Source: Cetobacterium sp. SF1
GTDB lineage: Bacteria > Fusobacteriota > Fusobacteriia > Fusobacteriales > Fusobacteriaceae
Assembly: GCF_050033475.1 (NCBI RefSeq)
Contig: NZ_CP188322.1
Location: forward strand, 101,953-125,952
Length of the DNA: 24,000 nt
Direction: 5' to 3'
Shown: positions 1 through 12,552 of the stretch, piece after piece
Numbering within the stretch: position 1 is the stretch's first letter
How the letters are laid out: each line of letters starts with the position of its first letter
The notes under the pieces: generated by a model
What the model saw: only the letters and a program-made list of their open reading frames with translations
What the model was told of the DNA's origin: nothing
Databases searched by the model: none
Position numbers and translations under genes: made by a program

Positions 1-1
1 A

Positions 2-577
2 GAACGTACGAAAAGTTCAGCCATTTATACTAAAAAACAAAAAGCAACAAAAATTAGAAGTTATTTTTTAAAAACATTAGAAAATAATTGGGATAAAGAT
101 ACAGAAATTAATTTTATAAAACAACAAAAATTAGAAATAGTAGAAAATAATGAAGATATTATAGAAAAAGATAAGTTATATGAAGAGTTTTTAAATTTAA
201 ATATTATAGAACAAGAAGAAATTGAAAATAAAGTTTACGATAATTATATAGGTAAATGTGGTATGGAAGGAAAAGCTCAGAAGATTGCTTTTAAGGCAGG
301 AAAAAGTTCTTTAATTAAAGATTATTTATATGAAAATAAAGATATTTTAAATAAAAATAATATAGAAAAAATTGATATTAATTTTGATTTAATTAGAAAA
401 AAAATTGATGAGCAGTTAAATTTTTATTTTAAATTTTTAAAATTTACAGATAAAGAAATTCTAGATATAGAATTAGAAGTAGGAAGAATTACATTTGAAA
501 AATATTCAACAGGAAATTTCCAAGAAAAAGAAATAAGTGAAATAATAAAAACTGCAATAAAAAATATTAAAAATTAA
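2..577 (+). CDS. 3' portion of a larger CDS entering from upstream of the window; Lys/Glu/Asn-rich protein of unknown function
   Basis: The frame containing the listed 263-577 ORF stays open back to base 2. I translated 2-262 by eye as ERTKSSAIYTKKQKATKIRSYFLKTLENNWDKD... with no stop, so the gene is 5'-truncated by the window edge. The stop is TAA at 575-577. No family motif recognised. Confidence 0.6.
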   Translation, partial: ERTKSSAIYTKKQKATKIRSYFLKTLENNWDKDTEINFIKQQKLEIVENNEDIIEKDKLYEEFLNLNIIEQEEIENKVYDNYIGKCGMEGKAQKIAFKAGKSSLIKDYLYENKDILNKNNIEKIDINFDLIRKKIDEQLNFYFKFLKFTDKEILDIELEVGRITFEKYSTGNFQEKEISEIIKTAIKNIKN

Positions 578-672
578 AAAGTGCACAAAAAAGTATATTC
601 CTTTTTTATTTCAAATTTGGTACACTTGAACTGTCTTAAAAATTAACATTATTGGAGAGAGGGAGAAAATCT

Positions 673-1635
673 ATGAAAAAGTTAAGTTTAATGATAGGTG
701 CAATATTATTAGGAACAACAGCTTTTGGTGCTCAACTACAATTAAACGCAGGAGTTGAACCTTGGAGACAGGTTGGGAATACTAAATATGATACAGGATA
801 TAGCCTAGGTGCAGAAGTATTATTTAATGCTGAAAACCATCCATTTGATTATGGAATAGGTACTGAATGGAAAAGTAACTTCAAAGGTGGAGATTCAAAT
901 TCTACTGATGAAATTAAAGATATAGTTCCAATATATTTAACAGGAAAATATCATTTTATGAATGATGCTTTCTATGGTGTAGGAAGAGCAGGATGGTCAT
1001 TTGTTGGAAAAAATAGAACAGATGATGGAATGTATTTAGGTGCAGGTCTTGGAAAAGATTTTGGTCCATTAACAGTTGAAACATTATATGAAACAATAGA
1101 TTTACAAGGAAAATCTAAATTATATGATGGAAATAATGCAGGAATGGTTTCTATAAAAGTAGGATACATTTTTGGAGAAAATACAAGAGTAAAATTAGCT
1201 AAAGAAGCAGCTATGCAAGCAGAAATTGCTAAACAAGAATATATTAAACAACAAAAAGCGGAAGCAGAAGCAGCTTTATTAAACAAATTAGAAACTAAAG
1301 TAGTTGTAGAAGATAATTATAAAGTAAATCAATTAGAAGCAGAAAATTTAGATATGAATAAAATAGATTTCTTAGTAGCTAATGTAGAAAATAGACAAGG
1401 AACTATTTATGTAGATGGATATACTGACAATAGAGGAAGTAAAAAAGTTAATGATAAACTTTCTTTAGAAAGAGCTGAAAAAGTAGCTAAAGTAATAGAA
1501 GGTAAATTAACAACTGAAAATGTTGCAGTAAAAGCTGAAGGAAAAGGTGCAACTAATTTCTTAAATAATAATGCTACAAAAGAAGAAAGAGCTTTAAATA
1601 GAAGAGTAGAAGTATACTTTCAAGGAAATAATTAA
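673..1635 (+). CDS. OmpA-family outer-membrane protein: N-terminal beta-barrel, Ala/Glu/Lys-rich linker, C-terminal OmpA peptidoglycan-binding domain
   Basis: ATG at 673 is preceded by GGGAG (661-665); the listed TTG at 652 lacks an SD. Signal peptide MKKLSLMIGAILLGTTAFGA. Alternating aromatic/Gly barrel-like segments. The C-terminal motifs GYTDNRGS...N..LS.ERA..V and ALNRRVEV are typical of OmpA_C. Confidence 0.85.
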   Translation: MKKLSLMIGAILLGTTAFGAQLQLNAGVEPWRQVGNTKYDTGYSLGAEVLFNAENHPFDYGIGTEWKSNFKGGDSNSTDEIKDIVPIYLTGKYHFMNDAFYGVGRAGWSFVGKNRTDDGMYLGAGLGKDFGPLTVETLYETIDLQGKSKLYDGNNAGMVSIKVGYIFGENTRVKLAKEAAMQAEIAKQEYIKQQKAEAEAALLNKLETKVVVEDNYKVNQLEAENLDMNKIDFLVANVENRQGTIYVDGYTDNRGSKKVNDKLSLERAEKVAKVIEGKLTTENVAVKAEGKGATNFLNNNATKEERALNRRVEVYFQGNN

Positions 1636-1660
1636 TTAAATATAGTGTTATAAATTAGAA

Positions 1661-1690
1661 CTCCATCTAAGGTTTAGATGGAGTTTTTAT
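1661..1690 (+). terminator. Rho-independent terminator after the OmpA-family gene
   Basis: CTCCATCTAA (1661-1670) pairs with TTAGATGGAG (1674-1683), followed by TTTTT. Confidence 0.8.
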
Positions 1691-1691
1691 A

Positions 1692-1720
1692 TTGCTGTAA
1701 GAAAAATATAATGATATACT
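1692..1720 (+). promoter_or_regulatory. Candidate sigma-70 promoter for the ccdA operon
   Basis: TTGCTG (1692-1697), 17-nt spacer, TATACT (1715-1720), with TG at 1712-1713 (extended -10). It lies 29 nt upstream of the ccdA ATG. Confidence 0.45.
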
Positions 1721-1748
1721 AAAAGAAATAATAATAATGAGGTGATTT

Positions 1749-2420
1749 ATGGAAAATTTAACATATTATATGGTTATATTTTTTGGAATAGCATCTGTAT
1801 TTTCACCCTGTATTTTACCATTACTTCCAATTTATTTAGGAATAGTGACTAGAAAAAATAGAAATATGTACATAGCTGTATTAAGTTTAGTATTAGGATT
1901 TATTATATCTTTTTTTATTTTACAAATTTTAATTTTTAATTTTACAAATGTCTTTAGTCAGATTATTGGAAATAGTTTTTTTAATAGAATATTAGGATTA
2001 ATAATAATTATATTTGGACTAAAAATGCTAGGAATTATAAAAATAAAATATTTTGAATCTGAAAAAAAATTTTATTTATCAGATAAGTATGATAAAGGTG
2101 GATATTTATTTCCAATTTTTTTAGGAGTAACTTTGGGTTTGGGATGGACTCCTTGCTCAGGTCCAATAATATTTACAGTTTTAACATATGCAAGTACAAC
2201 AAAGAACTTTATAGAAGCAATTTATTTGATTGTACTCTATTCTATAGGTTTTATGATTCCTTTTATGATCTTAACGTATTTTATGAATAAATGGAAAAAA
2301 CATATTCAAAGTTTAAAAAAATATCATAAGTTGATAGAAAATATAACAGGAATTCTAATTTGTATTATTGGAATTTTATTATTTTTTAATAAATTAACAT
2401 TTTTATATATAAATATTTAA
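1749..2420 (+). CDS. ccdA: Cytochrome c biogenesis / thiol-disulfide electron transporter CcdA (DsbD-core family)
   Basis: SD GAGGTG upstream. Polytopic membrane protein with the two signature Cys motifs: SPCILPLLP in TM1 and GWTPCSGPI in a later TM. Confidence 0.85.
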   Translation: MENLTYYMVIFFGIASVFSPCILPLLPIYLGIVTRKNRNMYIAVLSLVLGFIISFFILQILIFNFTNVFSQIIGNSFFNRILGLIIIIFGLKMLGIIKIKYFESEKKFYLSDKYDKGGYLFPIFLGVTLGLGWTPCSGPIIFTVLTYASTTKNFIEAIYLIVLYSIGFMIPFMILTYFMNKWKKHIQSLKKYHKLIENITGILICIIGILLFFNKLTFLYINI

Positions 2421-2426
2421 TGGAGA

Positions 2427-2768
2427 GTGAGAAAAATTATAGTTCAGATTTTTGGGAAAAAAAATTGTTCTGATACAAGAAAAGCAGAAAGATTTTTTAA
2501 AGAAAGAGGAATAAAATATCAATTTATAAATATTCTTGAAAAAAGTCCTTCTAAAAGAGAAGTTGAAAATTTTTTAAAAATATATAGTGAAGAAGATTTA
2601 ATTGATGTTAATGGAAAGGAATATACAAAAAGAAATTTACAGTATATTGTATATGAACCATTAAAATTATTGGAAGAAACACCTATTTTATATAGAACAC
2701 CTATTATTAGAAAAGATAATAAAGTATTTATAGGTAGTGATATAGAAGAATTAAAAAAATTTATATAG
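2427..2768 (+). CDS. ArsC/Spx/YffB-family thioredoxin-fold protein with a single N-terminal Cys
   Basis: N-terminus IIVQIFGKKNCSDTRKAERFFKERGI matches the I-x-I-Y/F-G-x-x-x-C-x-x-x-R-K-A pattern of the ArsC/Spx/YffB family, and the length of about 113 aa fits. The start is uncertain. GTG 2427 is only 1 nt after GGAG and 7 nt after the ccdA stop, so re-initiation coupling is plausible. Confidence 0.7.
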   Translation: MRKIIVQIFGKKNCSDTRKAERFFKERGIKYQFINILEKSPSKREVENFLKIYSEEDLIDVNGKEYTKRNLQYIVYEPLKLLEETPILYRTPIIRKDNKVFIGSDIEELKKFI

Positions 2769-2783
2769 AATTAAGGAGAAATT

Positions 2784-3167
2784 ATGTATAGTGTAAGTTT
2801 TAAATTATTAGAAAAAATAATAGAAGGATATTTAAAAATAGCTAAAAAATTATCAGGAGAATTAGTAATTTTAAATAAAAAAGATGATGAAGCTGATGAA
2901 TATATTATATCGAATATTAATGATTTGAAGTTTTTAAAAATTTCAAAAGGAGATATGATAGAATTAACTATTTATGTAGATGATGAAGATGAATATTTTG
3001 AAGAGTTTGTAATAGGAGAAATAAAAAATATTGAAAAATTAGAAAAAAATATTTTATCAAAATTACCAAATAAAATTGACATAAATTCATTTAAAGCAGA
3101 AATAAAAGAACAGAAAATTTCAGTAGAAAATAATCATTTCTCAAAATATATGAAAAAAAATAAATAA
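2784..3167 (+). CDS. Hypothetical acidic cytoplasmic protein (127 aa)
   Basis: SD AAGGAGA lies 5 nt before the ATG. It starts 15 nt after the preceding gene, so it is probably the third gene of the ccdA operon. No motif recognised. Confidence 0.6.
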   Translation: MYSVSFKLLEKIIEGYLKIAKKLSGELVILNKKDDEADEYIISNINDLKFLKISKGDMIELTIYVDDEDEYFEEFVIGEIKNIEKLEKNILSKLPNKIDINSFKAEIKEQKISVENNHFSKYMKKNK

Positions 3168-3169
3168 TA

Positions 3170-3198
3170 TTGAAAATATATTGATTTAGGATTAGAAT
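3170..3198 (+). promoter_or_regulatory. Candidate sigma-70 promoter for the EamA transporter gene
   Basis: TTGAAA (3170-3175), 17-nt spacer, TAGAAT (3193-3198). Confidence 0.5.
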
Positions 3199-3232
3199 AG
3201 CTTTAGTCAAATATATTAGGGGTGTGAACTAA

Positions 3233-4114
3233 ATGTTATTAAGAAATGGATATTTTTGTGCTGTAATGGCAGGATTGATATGGGGGCTTATTGGAATTTC
3301 AACTTTAAATTTAAGTGATTTAGGTATGAATACTTATGAGATTTCTTTTTTAAGAGTTTTATATGCATTTATTTTAGGAATGATTTATTTACATTTTTCA
3401 GATAAGGAAAAAAGAACAACTTTTAAAGCAGTTCCTAAAAATATTTGGAAATATATAATATTAACTGGGATTGTTTGCCAAGGATTATTAAATATATTTT
3501 TTTCAATAGCAGTTATAAAAACTGGAACTATAACAGGAATTATGTTAATGGATGTAGGACCTTTATTTACAATAATTATGTGTAGAATCTTTTTCAAAGA
3601 ACATATTAGTTTTATAAAAATGCTGTCTTTAATGATGGCGTTTTTAGGAGCGGTATTATTAATAACAAATGGTGAATTAAGTCAGTTGAATTTTAATTAT
3701 ACAGGAGTAGCCTTTGGTTTATTAGGCGGAGCATGTTATGGATTTTATCCAATTATTAATAAAAAAGCTTCAGATAGTTTTGATCCTGTTAGATTAACTA
3801 TATATAGTTTTGGAATAGCAACTATTTTTTTAATGTTTTTTCTAAATAAAAATTCATGGGAAATTATGTTTACAAGTAAAGCTATAATAGGTGGAATTTT
3901 TTATGGATTAGTTCCAACTTTAATAGCCTATATATTTTATTCAAGATCAATGATTTTTATATCTCCTTCAACAGCAAGTATAATTTCTTTGTTAGAAGTT
4001 CCTGCAACAACGATTGTTGGAATATTTTTGCTTCATGAACCTGTTGGAATTTTTAAAATATTAGGCATGATTATAGTTTTATCTGGAATGTTATTATCTA
4101 AAGTAAAAAACTAG
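3233..4114 (+). CDS. EamA/DMT-superfamily transporter (10-TM drug/metabolite exporter type)
   Basis: SD AGGGGTG. The 293-aa polytopic protein has an internally duplicated 5-TM architecture and Gly-rich TM ends typical of EamA-domain proteins. Confidence 0.75.
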   Translation: MLLRNGYFCAVMAGLIWGLIGISTLNLSDLGMNTYEISFLRVLYAFILGMIYLHFSDKEKRTTFKAVPKNIWKYIILTGIVCQGLLNIFFSIAVIKTGTITGIMLMDVGPLFTIIMCRIFFKEHISFIKMLSLMMAFLGAVLLITNGELSQLNFNYTGVAFGLLGGACYGFYPIINKKASDSFDPVRLTIYSFGIATIFLMFFLNKNSWEIMFTSKAIIGGIFYGLVPTLIAYIFYSRSMIFISPSTASIISLLEVPATTIVGIFLLHEPVGIFKILGMIIVLSGMLLSKVKN

Positions 4115-4134
4115 AGAGATTCTCTCTAGTTTTT
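4105..4134. terminator. Bidirectional rho-independent terminator shared by the EamA gene (+) and the 99-aa gene (-)
   Basis: CTAGAGAG (4111-4118) pairs with CTCTCTAG (4122-4129), flanked by A6 (4105-4110) and T5 (4130-4134). The EamA TAG stop (4112-4114) lies inside the stem. Confidence 0.75.
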
Positions 4135-4425
4135 CATTTCTTTATTAGAATAACTTAAAGTATAATAGTTCGTTAAATCTAAATCTTCATATATTATTTT
4201 TTCAATTTTTTGTTCAATATCTTCTTGGGTATATTCATTTTCGGTGACAAAGTCTAAAATACATGTAACTTTGTCTTTCATAAGAGAGGTATTTATTTCA
4301 AATTTTGTTTCAGAATTAAAATTGTTTTTAAAAGCTTCTGTGATATCATCAAGAGAAGTTGTATCTTGATAATTTTTAAAAGAAACTTTAATAAGATATT
4401 TTAAAGATTTACTATTGAAATTCAT
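4126..4425 (-). CDS. Hypothetical small acidic protein (99 aa)
   Basis: Consensus SD AGGAGG lies 5 nt upstream of the ATG. The gene has terminators on both sides. No motif recognised. Confidence 0.6.
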   Translation of the reverse strand: MNFNSKSLKYLIKVSFKNYQDTTSLDDITEAFKNNFNSETKFEINTSLMKDKVTCILDFVTENEYTQEDIEQKIEKIIYEDLDLTNYYTLSYSNKEMKN

Positions 4426-4494
4426 AAAAACCTCCTTATAAAATTTAGCTAAAAGCTATTACTAAATATATACTCTATTAAATAGAAAAAGTAA

Positions 4495-4535
4495 ATAAAA
4501 AAGATAATTTCTTACGAAGAAATTATCTTTTTTAG
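4495..4535 (-). terminator. Rho-independent terminator after the APC permease gene
   Basis: A 13-bp stem, AAGATAATTTCTT (4501-4513) pairing with AAGAAATTATCTT (4517-4529), flanked by A-run and T-run. It lies immediately downstream of the stop at 4537 on the minus strand. Confidence 0.75.
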
Positions 4536-4536
4536 T

Positions 4537-6409
<1,873 letters not shown>

Positions 6410-6419
6410 TTTAATCCTC

Positions 6420-9461
<3,042 letters not shown>

Positions 9462-9514
9462 TTAATATACTCACCCGCCTAATTTAATACTTAATATACG
9501 TTTTCGATATAAAG

Positions 9515-9543
9515 AATATACTACAACGAATTAATTAAGTCAA
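9515..9543 (-). promoter_or_regulatory. Candidate sigma-70 promoter for ebgA-ebgC-permease
   Basis: On the minus strand: TTGACT (plus coordinates 9543-9538), 17-nt spacer, TATATT (9520-9515). Confidence 0.5.
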
Positions 9544-9549
9544 TAATTT

Positions 9550-9566
9550 TAGTAAAAATTTTACTA
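9550..9566. promoter_or_regulatory. Perfect 8-1-8 palindrome; candidate EbgR (LacI-family) operator
   Basis: TAGTAAAA-A-TTTTACTA lies in the divergent ebgA/ebgR intergenic region, 6 nt upstream of the ebgA -35. A 14/17-identical near-palindrome overlaps the ygjK promoter at 22104-22120. Confidence 0.4.
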
Positions 9567-9595
9567 AAAAAATAAAAATAACAAATAAATTGTAA

Positions 9596-10618
<1,023 letters not shown>

Positions 10619-10643
10619 AATAATTTTGGAGGGAAGAGAAGTT

Positions 10644-11402
10644 ATGAAAAAAACAACGATTCTATCTTTAGTTAATCAAAAAGGTGGAGTTGCTAAAACA
10701 ACATCAACAATAAATTTAGCTGCAGCACTGTCAAAATTAGGAAAAAAAGTTTTAGTTATTGATTTAGATCCTCAGGGAAATTGTACAGTAGGTTCAGGTA
10801 TAGATTTAACAAATTTAAAATACGGAACTTATAATTTATTATTAGAGAATACACCAGCAGAAGATTGTATCATAAAAAGAGATTCATATGATATTATAGG
10901 AACGGATATAAAACTTGCAGGAGCAGAATTAATAATAATTTCCAAAATAGCTAGAGAAAGTTTATTAAAACATAAGTTAGATAAATTAACAGGTTATGAT
11001 TTTATTTTAATAGATTGTCCTCCAAGTTTATCATTGTTAACAGTAAATGCATTAACTGCATCAACATCTGCCTATGTTCCTGTTTCAGCTTCAGTTTTTG
11101 CTGTAGGTGGAATAACTCAATTATCAGATACAATAGATTCGATAAAAATATTAAATAAAGATTTAGAAATTAAAGGTGTATTTTTAACAAGATTTGATAA
11201 AAGAGAAAAATTTAATTATATGGTTGAAGATGCTTTGTTACAAATGTTTGAAGAAAAACTTTTAAAAACAAAAATAAGAGTTTGTGCAGATATAAATAAA
11301 TCTCAAGTTCAAGGGGTAGATATTTTTACTCATAATCCAAAAGCTAGATCAGCAGAAGATTATATGCAATTGGCACAGGAGGTTATAGAACTTGAAAAAT
11401 AA
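10644..11402 (+). CDS. parA: ParA/Soj/MinD-family deviant Walker-A ATPase
   Basis: ATG 10644 follows GGAGGG. Deviant Walker A NQKGGVAKTTST, A' box VLVIDLDPQGN and Walker B FILIDCPPSL are present. It starts only 25 nt after the ebgR stop, with no intervening terminator. Confidence 0.88.
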   Translation: MKKTTILSLVNQKGGVAKTTSTINLAAALSKLGKKVLVIDLDPQGNCTVGSGIDLTNLKYGTYNLLLENTPAEDCIIKRDSYDIIGTDIKLAGAELIIISKIARESLLKHKLDKLTGYDFILIDCPPSLSLLTVNALTASTSAYVPVSASVFAVGGITQLSDTIDSIKILNKDLEIKGVFLTRFDKREKFNYMVEDALLQMFEEKLLKTKIRVCADINKSQVQGVDIFTHNPKARSAEDYMQLAQEVIELEK

Positions 11403-12087
11403 TTTGTTAGGGTCTTTGGTGAGTAAAGCTAAGGAAAAGAAAGAAAATATAGCATTACAAACAGGATTAATTCGTGAGGAATATAAACCAACAATAGATT
11501 ATGATTTATTAGAAATTAATTCTTCCGAAAAGGAATTATTAATAGAATATGAAAAAAAATTATCTCACCATATAAGTGAAATGAGAAAAAATATTTTTGA
11601 TATTTCAGAAGCATTATTTTTAGCTCAAAAAAGTTTATCAAATCATCATGATGGGACTTTTTGTAAATGGTATGAGATGTTAGGTTTAAAGAAAGATTTT
11701 GTTTATATGTGTTTAAAGAGATACAATTTATATTTGGAATATAAATTAGAAAAAGTATTTAATCTTCCTGATAGATCTATAAAAGATATCTCAAAATTAA
11801 AATCCTTAGTTTCAGAAGAGAAAATAATTACTTTATTAAATAGTTCAAAAATTTCTGAAGAATTAAAAGAATTGAAAAAAGAGTTTTCGGTCAGACCGAA
11901 AACTGAAAAAAAATCAAACTTATCAATTTGGATAAATAAAAAAACTAAAAATTCTATAGAGTTTATAACAGAAGGTATTTTTTTACCAAAAAATAACTTA
12001 ATTGAAGATATGATTGTTTATAGTGAGAATGGTAAAGTTTATATAAAAATAAAAGAAGAGTTTTTATGTGAATATGAAAAAAAATAA
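11392..12087 (+). CDS. Hypothetical Lys/Glu-rich ParA-partner protein (non-ParB; possibly DUF3102-like HTH region)
   Basis: TTG 11392 lies 9 nt after AGGAGG (11377-11382) and overlaps the parA stop, indicating translational coupling. The central block HHDGTFCKWYEMLGLKKDFVYMCLKRY resembles the G-x-F-x-x-W-x-E...helix pattern I associate with DUF3102 and plasmid-partner proteins. No ParB GxRRxRA box is present. Confidence 0.6.
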   Translation: MKNNLLGSLVSKAKEKKENIALQTGLIREEYKPTIDYDLLEINSSEKELLIEYEKKLSHHISEMRKNIFDISEALFLAQKSLSNHHDGTFCKWYEMLGLKKDFVYMCLKRYNLYLEYKLEKVFNLPDRSIKDISKLKSLVSEEKIITLLNSSKISEELKELKKEFSVRPKTEKKSNLSIWINKKTKNSIEFITEGIFLPKNNLIEDMIVYSENGKVYIKIKEEFLCEYEKK

Positions 12088-12126
12088 AAATCCCCAAATC
12101 TAATAAATAGATTTGGGGTATTTTTA
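12085..12126. terminator. Bidirectional rho-independent terminator between the ParA-partner gene (+) and yjdM/phnA (-)
   Basis: CCCCAAATCTA (12092-12102) pairs with TAGATTTGGGG (12108-12118) around a 5-nt loop, with an A-rich 5' flank and a T-rich 3' flank. Confidence 0.85.
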
Positions 12127-12465
12127 TGATTTCTTTACAAATTCAGATTTTAATTTCATAGCTCCAATTCCATCAATTTTACAATCGATATCATGGTCAC
12201 CATCAATTAAACGAATATTTTTAACTTTAGTCCCTTGTTTTACAACTAATGAACTTCCTTTAATTTTTAAATCTTTAATAACAACAACAGTATCACCATC
12301 AACAAGAATACTTCCATTAGCATCTTTGTAAACTTTCTCTTCAGATTCTTGATCATCAGTTGCTGTTAAAGACCACTCGTGAAAACATTCAGGACAAACT
12401 AAAATTTCTCCATCTTCGTATGTATATTCAGAATTACATTTTGGGCAATTAGGTAATTTTATCAT
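12124..12465 (-). CDS. yjdM: Zinc-ribbon protein YjdM (PhnA family)
   Basis: [31 protein letters not shown] (a CxxC...CxxC zinc ribbon) followed by [59 protein letters not shown] is the canonical PhnA/YjdM sequence pattern. Confidence 0.92.
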   Translation of the reverse strand: MIKLPNCPKCNSEYTYEDGEILVCPECFHEWSLTATDDQESEEKVYKDANGSILVDGDTVVVIKDLKIKGSSLVVKQGTKVKNIRLIDGDHDIDCKIDGIGAMKLKSEFVKKS

Positions 12466-12512
12466 ATTTTTATAATTTCTCCATTTCTTAAATAAATTTT
12501 AATAGTTTTTAT

Positions 12513-12541
12513 ATTATAAAATAATTTCGAAATTTTGTCAA
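12513..12541 (-). promoter_or_regulatory. Full-consensus sigma-70 promoter for yjdM/phnA
   Basis: On the minus strand: TTGACA (plus 12541-12536), exactly 17 nt, TATAAT (12518-12513). The spacer contains the 12-bp palindrome AATTTCGAAATT (12523-12534). Confidence 0.65.
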
Positions 12542-12552
12542 ATGGAGTAACT

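Noticed and set aside
585-612. A possible weak hairpin, AAAAAAG...CTTTTTT, after the first CDS, considered as a terminator.
   Set aside because: The stem is almost entirely A-U (7 bp with one G-C) and is not distinguishable from background in this composition. It is not reported as a feature.
652-672. Upstream TTG or ATG extensions of listed ORFs: 652 for OmpA, 9611 for ebgR, 10626 for parA, 13335 for yaaA and 20325 for the channel.
   Set aside because: In each case a downstream ATG has a properly spaced GGAGG-type SD and yields the expected family N-terminus (signal peptide, [28 protein letters not shown]). The yaaA extension would also run through a terminator hairpin.
972-1286. A 104-aa ORF antisense to the OmpA-family gene. 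The same class includes 3385-3597(-), 12113-12331(+), 13721-13936(+), 14291-14476(+), 16150-16392(-), 19445-19696(+), 21298-21573(-) and 22573-22818(-).
   Set aside because: All lie entirely inside, and opposite to, well-supported genes with family motifs. They have no SD and show the biased composition expected from reading AT-rich coding DNA backwards. They are most likely chance ORFs.
9463-9521. Three copies of AATATAC (9464-9470, 9493-9499, 9515-9521) in the ebgA leader and promoter region.
   Set aside because: On the coding strand these read GTATATT, a -10-like AT-rich heptamer, and one copy is the predicted -10 itself. The irregular spacing (29 and 22 nt) and low complexity make a dedicated binding-site array unconvincing without genome-wide statistics.
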